Part shown: one piece after another, positions 28,353 through 38,959 of the stretch
Layout: every line of letters starts with the position of its first letter
Numbering within the stretch: the first letter of the stretch is position 1
Made by a program: the position numbers and the translations under genes
NCBI GenBank assembly: GCA_025774935.1
Contig: JALGZK010000017.1
Coordinates: 3,308 to 67,307, forward strand
Source: a bacterium
GTDB taxonomy: Bacteria > Joyebacterota > Joyebacteria > Joyebacterales > Joyebacteraceae
DNA: 64,000 nucleotides
Direction: 5' to 3'
The notes under the pieces: generated by a model
Told to the model about the DNA's origin: nothing
Database searches by the model: none
The model's input: only the letters and a program-made list of their open reading frames with translations

Positions 28353-29858
28353 CTATCTACCGCCGCCCACGCGCCATCCGCCGAGCGTGTCCCACGGCGA
28401 CGGCGCCCTCTCCGTCAAGACGGAACCGGTCGAAGTCTCCGACGAGAGCGCGAGTGCGCCGGCGATGAGGGCGACGTCCGCGAGGGCGTCGTCCGCCCCG
28501 GCCGCCCCGTCGCCGCCCCAGTCCCGCATGTGCTTCTCGATGAAATCGGTCTGCGTGTCCCCCGCGGCGAACGCGGGGTTCTCGATGATCGCCTTCAGGT
28601 ACTCGACCGTCGTCTCGATGCCGAGGATCGTCGTCTCCGAGAGCGCCCGCAGCATGCGGTGCCTCGCCGCTTCCCGGTCGCCAGCGTGCACGATGAGCTT
28701 CGAGAGGATCGGGTCGTAGTGGACCGGTACGTCCCAGCCCTCGTAGATCCCGCAGTCGTGTCTTACGCCAGGACCGGACGGCTCGCGGAACAGCGTCACG
28801 GTCCCGGCCGACGGCAGGAAGTCGTTCCGCGGGTCCTCCGCGTAGATCCGGCACTCGATCGCGTGTCCGCGCTGGACGAGGTCTTCCTGAGCGAGGTCGA
28901 GCCGTTCGCCCGACGCGATCAGGATCTGCTCTCTCACGATGTCGACGCCCGTCACGAACTCGGTGACGGGATGCTCGACCTGCACGCGCGCGTTCACCTC
29001 GAGGAAGTAGAAGTGGCCGTCCTCGTCGAGCAGGAACTCGACGGTGCCCGCGTTCGTGTAGCCGACCGCGCGCGCGGCGCGCACCGCGGTCTCGCCCATG
29101 CGGTTCCTGAGCTCGGGGTCGAGCGCCGTCGACGGCGACTCCTCGACGATCTTCTGGTGGCGCCGCTGTATCGAGCACTCGCGCTCGAAGAGGTGCACGA
29201 CGTTCCCGTGCGTGTCGGCGAGGACCTGGAACTCGACGTGACGCGGCCGCTCGATGAGCTTCTCGATGTAGACCGTGTCGTCCCCGAACGCGGACTTCGC
29301 GACGCGGCTCGACGCTTCGAGCGCTCCGGCGAGGTCGCCCTCGGCGCGCACGACAGTCATCCCCTTGCCGCCCCCGCCCGCCGAGGCCTTGACGAGGACG
29401 GGGTAACCCATCTCCGCGGCCTTCGACGTGTACTCGGCGAGGTCCTCGCCTTTCCCGAGCATGCCCGGGATGATCGGCACGCCCTCGGCCTTCATCGTCT
29501 CGCGCGAACGGATCTTGTCGCCGACGAGCGAGAGCGCCTCCGAAGTCGGACCGATGAACGTGATCCCCGCCTCCTCGCACGCCGCAGCGAACCTGCTGTT
29601 CTCGGCCAGGAACCCGTAGCCAGGGTGGATTGCGTCGGCGCCTACCTTCCGCGCGGCCGCGATGACGGCGTCGATGTCCAGGTAGCTCTCGAGCGCCGGG
29701 GCCGGGCCGACGTGGACCGCCTCCTCGGCCTCGAGCACGTGGAGGGAGGCGCGGTCTGCGTCCGAGTAGATGGCGGCCGACGGGACCCCCATGTCGCGGC
29801 AGGCCCTGATGACCCTGACGGCGATCTCGCCGCGGTTGGCCACGAGGATCTTATCCAT
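28353..29858 (-). CDS. Biotin carboxylase subunit (3-methylcrotonyl-CoA carboxylase alpha)
   Basis: ANRGEIA, HPGYGFLAEN, ECSIQRRHQK, QVEHPVTE. Confidence 0.92.
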   Translation of the reverse strand: MDKILVANRGEIAVRVIRACRDMGVPSAAIYSDADRASLHVLEAEEAVHVGPAPALESYLDIDAVIAAARKVGADAIHPGYGFLAENSRFAAACEEAGITFIGPTSEALSLVGDKIRSRETMKAEGVPIIPGMLGKGEDLAEYTSKAAEMGYPVLVKASAGGGGKGMTVVRAEGDLAGALEASSRVAKSAFGDDTVYIEKLIERPRHVEFQVLADTHGNVVHLFERECSIQRRHQKIVEESPSTALDPELRNRMGETAVRAARAVGYTNAGTVEFLLDEDGHFYFLEVNARVQVEHPVTEFVTGVDIVREQILIASGERLDLAQEDLVQRGHAIECRIYAEDPRNDFLPSAGTVTLFREPSGPGVRHDCGIYEGWDVPVHYDPILSKLIVHAGDREAARHRMLRALSETTILGIETTVEYLKAIIENPAFAAGDTQTDFIEKHMRDWGGDGAAGADDALADVALIAGALALSSETSTGSVLTERAPSPWDTLGGWRVGGGR

Positions 29859-30660
29859 CGGACCCCCCGTCGCTCTTCGCCATCCACCGTGGCTTCCGCT
29901 TCTCGAGGAACGCGGTCATGCCCTCCTGGCCCTCGTCGGAGACGCGGACCTCGGCGATGACCTTCGCGGTGTAGCTCTTCGCCTCCTCGAGAGGCATCTC
30001 CCGCACGTTGTCGAGGAGCTCCTTGCAGACACGGAGCGCCTCGGGTCCGCTCGAGATGAGGCGACCGACGACCTCCCCGACGTACTCGTCCAGTTCGTCC
30101 TCGTCGGCGACGTCGTTCACGAGGCCGAGGCGGTAGGCCTTCTTCGCCTTCATCCGCTCCCCCGAGAGGAAGAACTCGCGGCACGCGCCGGGACCCGCCC
30201 GCATGATCACGTAGGGCGAGATGCACGCCGGAACGAGACCGATCTTGACCTCCGAGAGGCTGATGACGGCCTTCTTCGACGCGATGACTATGTCGTTCGC
30301 CGCCATGAGCCCCGCGCCGCCGCCGATCGCGTAGCCGTTCACGCGCGCGACGGTCGGCTTCCGGAGCTTGTGGATGAGCTCCATCACGTCCGAGATCTTG
30401 AGGCTGTCGGCGAGGTTCTCGTCGAACGAGTAGTTCACCGTGTGCTTCATGTAGTTCAGGTCGGCGCCGGCGCAGAACGAGTTCCCCTCGCCCGTGAGGA
30501 CGACGACGCGCACGCCGGGGTCGTCCTCGAGCTTCCGGTACGCGTCGAGGAGCTCGTCGAGCATGACGTCGTTGAACGCGTTCTTGACCTCCGGGCGCGA
30601 GAGCGTGACCGTGGCCACCTGGTCCTCGACCCCGACCCTGATCGTCGTGTAGTCGCTCAT
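29851..30660 (-). CDS. Methylglutaconyl-CoA hydratase (LiuC-like)
   Basis: FCAGADLNYM, LSEVKIGLVPACISPYV; lies between the MCC subunits. Confidence 0.85.
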   Translation of the reverse strand: MSDYTTIRVGVEDQVATVTLSRPEVKNAFNDVMLDELLDAYRKLEDDPGVRVVVLTGEGNSFCAGADLNYMKHTVNYSFDENLADSLKISDVMELIHKLRKPTVARVNGYAIGGGAGLMAANDIVIASKKAVISLSEVKIGLVPACISPYVIMRAGPGACREFFLSGERMKAKKAYRLGLVNDVADEDELDEYVGEVVGRLISSGPEALRVCKELLDNVREMPLEEAKSYTAKVIAEVRVSDEGQEGMTAFLEKRKPRWMAKSDGGSDG

Positions 30661-30698
30661 GCGTTCGCGTTCCTCCGGCGCGGGGCGACCCGCGCGGG

Positions 30699-32306
30699 CT
30701 ACATCCTGAAGACCCCGTACTTCTGGTCGGGGATCGGCGCGTTCAGTGCCATCGCGATCCCGAGCGCGAGGGCCGACCGCGTGTCGAGCGGATCGATGAT
30801 GCCGTCGTCCCAGAGCCGGGCCGTAGAGTAGTATGCCGCCGCCTCGTGCTCGTACCGCTCGAGCACGGGCTTCATGAACTCCTGCTGCTCCTCGGGCGTC
30901 ATCTCTTTCCCCTGCTTCTTGAGCTGACGCATCTTGACGGTGAGGAGGACGTTCGCCGCCTGCTCGCCGCCCATGACGCAGATCTTCGCGTTCGGCCACA
31001 TCCAGAGGAGCCTCGGGTCGTACGCGCGGCCGCACATGCCGTAGTTGCCCGCGCCGTACGAGCCGCCTACGATCACCGTGAACTTCGGGACGTCGGCGTT
31101 CGCGACGGCGTGAACGAGCTTCGCGCCGTCGCTCGCGATGGCGCCGTGCTCGTACTCCCGACCGACGATGAACCCCGTGATGTTCTGGAGGAAGATCAAC
31201 GGGATCTTCCTCATCGTGCACAGCTCGATGAAGTGCGCGCCCTTCTTGGCGCTCTCGGAGAACAGGACGCCGTTGTTGGCGAGGATCCCGACCGGGTAGC
31301 CCATGATGCGCGCGAACCCGGTGACGAGGGTGATGCCGTAGAGCTCCTTGAACTCGTGGAAGCGGCTGCCGTCCACGAGGCGCGCGATGACTTCCCGCAT
31401 GTCGAACGGCTTCCGGAGGTCCGGCGGTACGATCCCGTAGAGCTCGTCGGGGTCGTACGCGGGGTCCTCGGGCGCGCTCACGCCGAGTTCGAACCGCTTT
31501 GGCGGGTCGAGGTTCTCGACCACGTTCCGCGCGATCGCGAGCGCGTGCTCGTCGTTCAGGGCGTAGTGGTCGGTAACGCCGGATATCCGGCAGTGCACGT
31601 CCGCGCCGCCCAGCTCCTCGGCCGTCACCTCCTCCCCCGTCGCGGCCTTCACGAGAGGCGGGCCCCCGATGAAGATCGTGCCCTGCTCCTTCACGATCAC
31701 CGTCTCATCGCTCATCGCGGGAACGTACGCCCCCCCCGCCGTGCACGAGCCCATCACGATCGAGATCTGCGGGACGCCCATGGCTGAGAGCTTGGCCTGG
31801 TTGTAGAAGATCCGGCCGAAATGCTCCTTGTCGGGGAACGTCCCCGACTGGTGCGGCAGGAATATGCCTCCCGAGTCCACGAGGTAGACGCAGGGAAGCC
31901 TGTTCTCCATCGCGACATCCTGCGCGCGCACGTGCTTCTTGATGGTCATCGGGAAGTACGTGCCACCCTTAACCGTCGCGTCGTTCGCGACCACGAGGAC
32001 CTCGCGACCGTGCACCCGCCCGACCCCCGTCACCATCCCGGCCTGGGGCGCCTCGTTGTCGTACATGTCGTAGGCCGCGAGCGGCGAGAGCTCGACGAAC
32101 GGCGTGTTCGGGTCGAACAGCTTCTCGAGCCGCTCACGGACGAGGAGCTTCCCGCGCTTCTTGTGGCGCTCGCGCTGCGACTCGGGACCGCCCAGGCTCA
32201 CGCGCTCGAGGCGCTCCCTGAACTCCCCGACCACCTCGAGCATCCGGGCCCGGTTTTCCCGGAACTCGGCGCTCTTCGTGTCGACTTTGCTCTCGATCCG
32301 GTACAT
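30699..32306 (-). CDS. 3-methylcrotonyl-CoA carboxylase, carboxyltransferase (beta) subunit
   Basis: [48 protein letters not shown]. Confidence 0.93.
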   Translation of the reverse strand: MYRIESKVDTKSAEFRENRARMLEVVGEFRERLERVSLGGPESQRERHKKRGKLLVRERLEKLFDPNTPFVELSPLAAYDMYDNEAPQAGMVTGVGRVHGREVLVVANDATVKGGTYFPMTIKKHVRAQDVAMENRLPCVYLVDSGGIFLPHQSGTFPDKEHFGRIFYNQAKLSAMGVPQISIVMGSCTAGGAYVPAMSDETVIVKEQGTIFIGGPPLVKAATGEEVTAEELGGADVHCRISGVTDHYALNDEHALAIARNVVENLDPPKRFELGVSAPEDPAYDPDELYGIVPPDLRKPFDMREVIARLVDGSRFHEFKELYGITLVTGFARIMGYPVGILANNGVLFSESAKKGAHFIELCTMRKIPLIFLQNITGFIVGREYEHGAIASDGAKLVHAVANADVPKFTVIVGGSYGAGNYGMCGRAYDPRLLWMWPNAKICVMGGEQAANVLLTVKMRQLKKQGKEMTPEEQQEFMKPVLERYEHEAAAYYSTARLWDDGIIDPLDTRSALALGIAMALNAPIPDQKYGVFRM

Positions 32307-32378
32307 CGGTCGGACCTCTTCCTGTTCGGGCCTCGTGCGGGTCCCGTTCGGGCATCGCGGTCGCCGCGCGTACGCTCG

Positions 32379-32774
32379 CTACTTGTCCGGCACGAACTTG
32401 TAGCCGTAGCAGAGGATCCCCGCCTCGCCTTCCTCGCGGATCTTCCGGAACTCGATCTTGATCGGCAGACCGACCTCGAGGTCGTCGAAGTCTACGTCGG
32501 CGATCTGGCCGGTCATGCGAACACCGCCCTCGAGCTCCACGATCCCCATCGCGTAGGGCGTCTGTTCGCAGAACTCCGACGGTCCAACGCGAATCACCGT
32601 GTAGGTCAGGAGCTTCCCGCGGTCGTCGAGCTTGATCTCCTCGAACTCGCGTCCGCCACAGCCCGAGCAGACGACCCGCGGCGGGAAGAACTGCGCGCCG
32701 CAGTCGGTGCACTTCTCCGCCTCGAGACGGTAACGCTGGGGAATCCCCCTCCAGTACTTCGCTGATGTCGACAT
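32379..32774 (-). CDS. DUF35 zinc-ribbon/OB-fold scaffold protein
   Basis: CTDCG..FFPPR.VCSGC; C-terminal YGYKFVP. Confidence 0.92.
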   Translation of the reverse strand: MSTSAKYWRGIPQRYRLEAEKCTDCGAQFFPPRVVCSGCGGREFEEIKLDDRGKLLTYTVIRVGPSEFCEQTPYAMGIVELEGGVRMTGQIADVDFDDLEVGLPIKIEFRKIREEGEAGILCYGYKFVPDK

Positions 32775-32849
32775 CCGTTGTCCTCCGTGACTCCTGGGAA
32801 CTGTTCTCGTCGGGGCGCCCGGCCGGGAGCCCCGCTCCTCCCTGGGACT

Positions 32850-34007
32850 CTACACCTTCCCAAGGATGTGCGCGACGCACGACCCGCCGGTGCCGCCCAT
32901 GTTCTGGGTCATGCCTACCTTCGCTCCCTCGACCTGGCGCTCGCCGGCGTCTCCCCTGAGCTGCTTCACGGTCTCGACGATCTGAGCGATACCGGTCGCG
33001 CCGACTGGGTGGCCCTTCGACTTGAGGCCCCCTGACGGATTCACCGGAATGCGTCCGCCCATGGCGGTCTCGCCGCTCGGCGCGCCCGTTCCGCCCTTCC
33101 CCTTCTCGAAGAACCCGAGCGCCTCGATGACCGCGATCTCCGCGATCGTGAAGCAGTCGTGGACCTCGACGAAGTCGATGTCGGCGGGCGTGAGCCCCGC
33201 ACCCTTGTACGCGACCTCTCCGGCCTTGGCGACCGCCGAGAGCCACGTCAGGTCCTGCCGCGAGTGGAGCGCGATCGAGTCGGTCGCGTGCGCCGACGAA
33301 AGGATCTTGACCGGAGCCTTGTGGCTCAAGTCCTTGGCCATGTCGAGCGGACAGAGGATCGCGCCGGCCGCGCCGTCGGTGATCGGCGAGCAGTCGAGGA
33401 TCGTGAGCGGATCCGCGATCATGACCGAGTTCAGGACCTGGTCGACCGTCACCTCGAACGGGTACTGCGCGAGCGGGTTCTTCGCTCCGTTCTTGTGGTT
33501 CTTGACGGAGACCTCCGCCAGCTGCTCTCGCGTCGTCCCGTACGCGTGCATGTGCGCGACCGCGAGCAGCGCGTAGAGGCCCGGGAAGGTGATGCCGTGG
33601 TAGACCTCGTACTCGGCGTCGGCCGCCGTGGAAAGCGCGTACGTCGCTCCGGCGCCGTCGACGTCGGTCATCTTCTCGACGCCGCTCGCGAGCACGATGT
33701 CATTCGCGCCCGAGGCCACGTCGAAGTACGCCTGCCTGAATGCCGCGCCTCCCGAGGCGCAGGCGCTCTCGACGCGGAGCGCCGGGATCGGCGCGACGCC
33801 GAGGTAGTCGGCGAGGAGCGACCCCAGGTGCTCCTGCCCGACGAAGAGGCCGCTCGTCATGCAGCCTACGTACATCGAGTCGATGTGGTCGACGCCCGCG
33901 TCGTCGATCGCGAGCATCGCGGATTCGGTGAAGATGTCGCGGAGGGATTTCTCCCACAGCTCCCCCCACTTCTGCATCCCCACGCCGATGACTGCCACGT
34001 CCCTCAT
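32850..34007 (-). CDS. Archaeal-type acetoacetyl-CoA thiolase
   Basis: [30 protein letters not shown]. Confidence 0.92.
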   Translation of the reverse strand: MRDVAVIGVGMQKWGELWEKSLRDIFTESAMLAIDDAGVDHIDSMYVGCMTSGLFVGQEHLGSLLADYLGVAPIPALRVESACASGGAAFRQAYFDVASGANDIVLASGVEKMTDVDGAGATYALSTAADAEYEVYHGITFPGLYALLAVAHMHAYGTTREQLAEVSVKNHKNGAKNPLAQYPFEVTVDQVLNSVMIADPLTILDCSPITDGAAGAILCPLDMAKDLSHKAPVKILSSAHATDSIALHSRQDLTWLSAVAKAGEVAYKGAGLTPADIDFVEVHDCFTIAEIAVIEALGFFEKGKGGTGAPSGETAMGGRIPVNPSGGLKSKGHPVGATGIAQIVETVKQLRGDAGERQVEGAKVGMTQNMGGTGGSCVAHILGKV

Positions 34008-34065
34008 GTGATGTCTCCTGTCGGTTCGGTTCCAGCCAGTGTCCGTTCGTCGAGTCGCGTGTCGG

Positions 34066-35109
34066 CTACTCGCCCATCCGGATCTTCCGGCGGTACTTCG
34101 CGTAGGTCCCGTACTCGATGTAGGTCTTCTTGTCGAGGAGCTCCCTCGTCCCAGGGGCGACGTTCCTGACTTCGTCGATCCTGTCGGTCACCTCGAACAC
34201 GAACCCGTCGCTGCCCGCGCCGGAGCCGTAGCTGACCATGAGGACCATGTCGCCCGGCTTCGCAACGTCGAGCGTCGCCGTGAGACCCATCGGGGAGCTG
34301 CCCGAGTAGGTGTTCCCGAGGGTCGGCGAGAGCCAGCCCGGATCGATTTGCTCCTTCGTGAACCCGAGCATCTTGCCGACCCTCTGCGGGAACTTCCCGT
34401 TGGGCTGATGGAAGACCACGTACGCGAAGTCCTTCGGCTCCATCTTCACCTTCGCCATGATACCCTTCGCGCACCCCATGATGTGCTTGAAGTACGCGGG
34501 CTCGCCGGTGAACCTGCCGGCGTGCCGCGGGTAGTGCATGTAGCTTCGGCGCCAGAAGTCGGGCGTGTCGGTCATGAACGAGTAAGTCTCGATGACCTTC
34601 GCGACTCCGGGGTCGCGCCCGATGACGAACGACGCGGCGCCCGCGGCGGCCGAGTACTCGAGCGCGTCGCTCGGGGCGCCCTGCGACGTGTCCGCCCCGA
34701 CGGCGAGCCCGTACTCGATCTTCTCCGAGTCCACGAGTCCCATGCAGACGAACATCGCCTCCGACCCGGCCTTACACGCGAACTCGAAGTCGGCGCAGTG
34801 GACCTCCGGCGTCGCGCCGATCGCTTCCGCGAGCACGGTGCCGGACGGCTTGACCGCGTAGGGGTGCGATTCCGAACCGACGTAGACCGCCCCGATCTTC
34901 GACGGGTCGATCTCCGCCCTCGTGAGCGCGTGCTTCGTCGCCTCGACCGACATCGTGATGACGTCCTGATCGGGCGACGGCACGGATTTCTCCTGAAGCA
35001 TCAGACCGCGCTTGTAGCTCGGCGCGTCCGCCCCCCAGACCTTGGCGATCTCTTCCACCTTGATCCTGTTCCGGGGCATGTAAGCGCCGTAACCGATGAT
35101 CCCTGCCAT
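34066..35109 (-). CDS. Archaeal-type HMG-CoA synthase
   Basis: [40 protein letters not shown]. Confidence 0.93.
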   Translation of the reverse strand: MAGIIGYGAYMPRNRIKVEEIAKVWGADAPSYKRGLMLQEKSVPSPDQDVITMSVEATKHALTRAEIDPSKIGAVYVGSESHPYAVKPSGTVLAEAIGATPEVHCADFEFACKAGSEAMFVCMGLVDSEKIEYGLAVGADTSQGAPSDALEYSAAAGAASFVIGRDPGVAKVIETYSFMTDTPDFWRRSYMHYPRHAGRFTGEPAYFKHIMGCAKGIMAKVKMEPKDFAYVVFHQPNGKFPQRVGKMLGFTKEQIDPGWLSPTLGNTYSGSSPMGLTATLDVAKPGDMVLMVSYGSGAGSDGFVFEVTDRIDEVRNVAPGTRELLDKKTYIEYGTYAKYRRKIRMGE

Positions 35110-35164
35110 GTAGACCTCGCTTCCTCCCTCTGAATCCCGCGCCGGCCCACTGCCGGCGACTGAG

Positions 35165-36244
35165 CTAGCACATGATGTTGCGAACGAGCTGTATTCTGCC
35201 GACCCTCCACGCCGCGTTCGAGACCGCGACATTGTACGGGGTCGTGTTCTCTTTCTTCGCCGTCGTGATGATGTCGGCCATCACGTCGTAGACGCGCCTC
35301 GCCTCCTCCAGCAGGCGCTCGCGCGGTGCGCCGCGGAGGTGGGGCTCGGTCTGGTAGAGCTCCGCTCCGGCGATCACGAAGTCGGGAGCGTAGATGATCC
35401 CGCGGTCCTTGAGGACGTCCGCGTGGTGCGGTTCCTCGAGGATGTCGGAGGCACACCCCGCGACGATCCTGCACTGGAGCTGCGGGATCGTCTCGTCGTT
35501 CAGGATCCTCCCGATCGCGCACGGCGACAGGACGTCGCACTCTGTCCTGAGAATGGCGTCGGGCCGGACGATCGTGATGTCGGGGTAGTCCTCCTCCACT
35601 TCCTTCAGTCGCTCGTAGTAGTCGTCCTGCACTTCCTTCAGGCGGTCGTACCGGACATCGGTGATCGTGATCTCTGCCCCCTCCTCGGCGAGCTTGCCGA
35701 CCAGGAACGCTCCCACCTTCCCCACGCCCTGAACCGCCACGCGGAGCCCCTTCAGACTCGACGTGCCCTTGAGGTCGCGGACGCAGGCCTTCATCCCCCA
35801 AAGGACGCCCATGCCCGTGATCTCGTGGCTCCCCGCCATCGGCACGACGCTCGTGGTCTCGCGCCGCACGTGGAGGAAGTCCCGGTCGGACGTCCCGAAC
35901 GCCGGGTAGGTGACGAAGAGCCCCTTCAGCCCCTCGACGAACCGCCCGAACGCGCGGTAGTAGGCCTCGTCGATCTCCTGCCCCTCCTCGGCCATGAGGA
36001 TCGCCTTCCCCCCGCCCATGTCCGACTCGAACGACGCGCTCTGGTAGGTCATCATCTCCGAGAGCCTCAGCGCGTCGAAGATCGCCTCGTCCTCACTGCC
36101 GTACTCCATGAGCCGCGTGCCGCCGACCGACGTACCGAGCGTCGTGTCGTGGATGGCGATGATCGCCCGGAGGCCGGTCGGCCGGTTGAAGCAGAAGATC
36201 AGCTGCTCGTGGCGGCTCTTCTTCATGCGGTCGAAGATGCTCAT
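35165..36244 (-). CDS. Leu/Val/Phe dehydrogenase-like protein, copy 2 (substrate-binding Lys replaced by Gln)
   Basis: HEQL, HDTTLG..VGGTR, MTYQSA...GGGKAIL, VQGVGKVG, YAPDF. Confidence 0.85.
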   Translation of the reverse strand: MSIFDRMKKSRHEQLIFCFNRPTGLRAIIAIHDTTLGTSVGGTRLMEYGSEDEAIFDALRLSEMMTYQSASFESDMGGGKAILMAEEGQEIDEAYYRAFGRFVEGLKGLFVTYPAFGTSDRDFLHVRRETTSVVPMAGSHEITGMGVLWGMKACVRDLKGTSSLKGLRVAVQGVGKVGAFLVGKLAEEGAEITITDVRYDRLKEVQDDYYERLKEVEEDYPDITIVRPDAILRTECDVLSPCAIGRILNDETIPQLQCRIVAGCASDILEEPHHADVLKDRGIIYAPDFVIAGAELYQTEPHLRGAPRERLLEEARRVYDVMADIITTAKKENTTPYNVAVSNAAWRVGRIQLVRNIMC

Positions 36245-36675
36245 TCCTCTTCGAACTCCTTCTTGTCGCACATCTCGGTCATCGCGCCGAACGTGCTCTT
36301 CGGGTGAAGGAATGCGATGCGGCCTCCCTCGATTCCCGGTTTCGGCTTCTCGTCGACCACCCGGAAGCCCGCTGCCTCTGCGGCGGCGAGCCCTTCCTCG
36401 AGATCGGGGACCTCATACGCGAGGTGGTGAAAACCCGGGCCCCGCTTCTCGAGGAAGTCCATGATGGGGCCGGGCCCCAGCGGCTCGATCACCTCCACCA
36501 TCACGTCCCCGGCCCTGAGGAACGCGGCCTTGACCCCGTGGAGCTCGGACTCCTCGACCTTCACTACCTCGAGGCCGAGGAGGTCGACGTAGAGGCGGAG
36601 CGCCTCGTCGACGCTCTCGACCACGAACGACACGTGGTCGATCTTCCTGGCCTTCGTCGTCGGTGCGTGCGGCAT
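36241..36675 (-). CDS. mce: Methylmalonyl-CoA epimerase
   Basis: IDHV, GFHHLAYEV, AFLHPKSTFG; follows the mutase gene. Confidence 0.9.
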   Translation of the reverse strand: MPHAPTTKARKIDHVSFVVESVDEALRLYVDLLGLEVVKVEESELHGVKAAFLRAGDVMVEVIEPLGPGPIMDFLEKRGPGFHHLAYEVPDLEEGLAAAEAAGFRVVDEKPKPGIEGGRIAFLHPKSTFGAMTEMCDKKEFEEE

Positions 36676-36689
36676 TCCGGTCTCCGCTC

Positions 36690-38351
36690 CTACCACAGGC
36701 CGCCTGCGGGTCGGTACCTTCCGAACACTTCCTCGACCGCCGCCGACATCTCCCCCAGGGTCGCGCGGGCCCTCGCGCACTCGATGACGGCCGGCATGGT
36801 CGGGGTGCCGCTCCGGGCGTCGGCGGTCAGCCGCGCGAGCGCCCCGTCCACCTTCGACGCGTCGCGGCCGGCCCTGAGCTCCGCGAGCGCCTCGGACTTC
36901 GATTCCCGGAGCGCCGGGTCGACCCGGAGGATCTCCATGCGCGTGGGCTCGTCGATCTCGTAGCGGTTCACTCCGACGACGACCCGCGCCCCCTCCTCGA
37001 TCTCCTTCTGCTGCCGGTACGCGCTCTGCGCGATCGACTTCTGGTAGTAGCCGCTCTCGATCGCGGCGGTGGCGCCGCCCATCCCGTCGATCTTCTCGAG
37101 CTCGGCCGAAGCCTCGCGCTCGATCTCGCCGGTCAGCCACTCGACGTAGTACGAGCCACCGAGCGGATCGACCACGTTCGCGACGCCGGACTCCTCGGCG
37201 ATCACCTGCTGGGTCCGGAGCGCGATCCGCGCGCTCTCCTCGGTCGGGAGCGCCAGCGCCTCGTCGCGCGAGTTCGTGTGGAGCGACTGCGTCCCGCCGA
37301 GCACGGCCGCGAGCGCCTGCACGGCCACCCGGACGACGTTCACCTCGGGCTGCTGCGCCGTGAGGCTCACGCCTGCGGTCTGCGTGTGGAACCTGAGCAT
37401 CTGCGCGCGCGGCGACTCGACTCCGAAACGGTCCCGCACGATCCTCGCCCACATCCTCCTCGCGGCCCGCATCTTCGCGACCTCTTCGAAGAGGTCGTTG
37501 TGGGCGTCGAAGAAGAACGAGAGCCTTCCCGCGAACTTCTCGAGGTCGAGCCCCCGCTCCCTCGCCGCCTCGACGTAGGCGACGGCGTCGGCGAGCGTGA
37601 ACGCGAGCTCCTGCGCCGCGGTCGAGCCGGCCTCGCGGATGTGATAGCCCGAGACCGATATCGTGTTCCATTTCGGGACCTCGGCGCCGCAGTACTCGCA
37701 GAGGTCCATGGCGAACCCGACCGACTCCCGAGGCGGATAGGCGTAGGTTCCGCGCGCGGCATACTCCTTCAGGATGTCGTTCTGAACCGTCCCGCGGAGC
37801 TCGGCCGCGGCCACTCCCTGCTCCTCGGCGACTACGAGGTACATGCCCATGACGAAGGGCGCCGTCGCGTTGATCGTCATCGAGGTCGAGACCTCGCCGA
37901 GCGGGATCCCCTCGAAGAGGGTCTTCATGTCCTCGACCGAGCAGATCGAGACGCCGACTCGCCCGACCTCGCCCTCCGCCATGTCGTGGTCGGCGTCGTA
38001 GCCCATCTGCGTCGGGAGGTCGAAGGCGACGGAGAGCCCGGTCTGGCCCTGCTCGAGAAGGTAGCGGAACCGTCTGTTCGTCTCCGCTGCCGTCCCGAAC
38101 CCCGCGTACTGCCTCATCGTCCAGAGGCGGCCGCGGTACATCGTCGGCTGGACGCCCCGCGTGAACGGGTACTCCCCGGGGAACCCGAGATCGTCGCCGA
38201 GGGTCGAAGGCTGGTCGTCCTCGGTGTAGAGCCCGTCGACCTCGACACCCGACTGCGTCGGGAACGCGCCCTTCCGCTCGGGGAACCGCTCGAGCGTCCG
38301 CCTGAGCGTCGTCTCCTCCCAGCGCTTCCGCTCCGCGTTCCCCTTCGCCAC
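36690..38351 (-). CDS. Methylmalonyl-CoA mutase, substrate-binding large subunit
   Basis: [10 protein letters not shown] (Tyr) and [11 protein letters not shown] (Arg), the MCM specificity residues. Confidence 0.92.
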   Translation of the reverse strand: MAKGNAERKRWEETTLRRTLERFPERKGAFPTQSGVEVDGLYTEDDQPSTLGDDLGFPGEYPFTRGVQPTMYRGRLWTMRQYAGFGTAAETNRRFRYLLEQGQTGLSVAFDLPTQMGYDADHDMAEGEVGRVGVSICSVEDMKTLFEGIPLGEVSTSMTINATAPFVMGMYLVVAEEQGVAAAELRGTVQNDILKEYAARGTYAYPPRESVGFAMDLCEYCGAEVPKWNTISVSGYHIREAGSTAAQELAFTLADAVAYVEAARERGLDLEKFAGRLSFFFDAHNDLFEEVAKMRAARRMWARIVRDRFGVESPRAQMLRFHTQTAGVSLTAQQPEVNVVRVAVQALAAVLGGTQSLHTNSRDEALALPTEESARIALRTQQVIAEESGVANVVDPLGGSYYVEWLTGEIEREASAELEKIDGMGGATAAIESGYYQKSIAQSAYRQQKEIEEGARVVVGVNRYEIDEPTRMEILRVDPALRESKSEALAELRAGRDASKVDGALARLTADARSGTPTMPAVIECARARATLGEMSAAVEEVFGRYRPAGGLW

Positions 38352-38381
38352 CTGCTCTCCCCGCCCGGATGCGCCGGGCAC

Positions 38382-38885
38382 CTACTCGATCACGACGAGG
38401 TCCTCGCCCTGGGTCACGCCCTGGCCGACCTCGACCTTGATCTCCTTCACGACCCCGCCGCCGGCGCTCTTGAGCTCGTTCTCCATCTTCATCGCCTCGA
38501 GCGTGACGACTCCTTCTCCGGGCTCGACGGTGCCGCCGACCTCCACCGCTATTCCGACGACGATGCCGGGCATGGGCGCCCTCAGCACCTCGCCCCGCAC
38601 CTCCTCGTCCCCGCCTCCCGCCGCCGCGAGTCTGAGCGCCCGCTCGTCCATCACGCGGGCGTCGTACGTCGACCCGTCGAGGACGATCTGGTAGATCCTG
38701 TCCTTCCTGTGGACCGACACCTCGAACGACTTGTCACCCAGGAGGAGCGAGTAGACCGGCGACCGGCCGATCCGGACGAGGTCGACCGGCTGCGTCTCGT
38801 CGCCGAGCGTGACCTTCGCACCCTCGTCGCTCTTCTCGACCTCGAGTTCGATCTTCCTGTCGGCGATCTCGACCTGGTACTTCAC
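38382..38885 (-). CDS. Biotin carboxyl carrier subunit of PCC
   Basis: APMPG...EAMKMENEL; GTG start at 38885. Confidence 0.9.
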   Translation of the reverse strand: MKYQVEIADRKIELEVEKSDEGAKVTLGDETQPVDLVRIGRSPVYSLLLGDKSFEVSVHRKDRIYQIVLDGSTYDARVMDERALRLAAAGGGDEEVRGEVLRAPMPGIVVGIAVEVGGTVEPGEGVVTLEAMKMENELKSAGGGVVKEIKVEVGQGVTQGEDLVVIE

Positions 38886-38959
38886 GTGTCCCTCCGCGGT
38901 GTCTCGTCGTCGGTGCGCGCGGGCCTCTTCCAGGCATCCGCCTGTCAGCGAGGAGCCGG

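Noticed and set aside
32379..35109. PhlABC (diacetylphloroglucinol acyltransferase) interpretation of the HMGS/thiolase/DUF35 triad
   Set aside because: The HMGS keeps its catalytic Glu/Cys/His motifs, no phlD type III PKS is present, and the neighbours are HMG-CoA-related liu genes.
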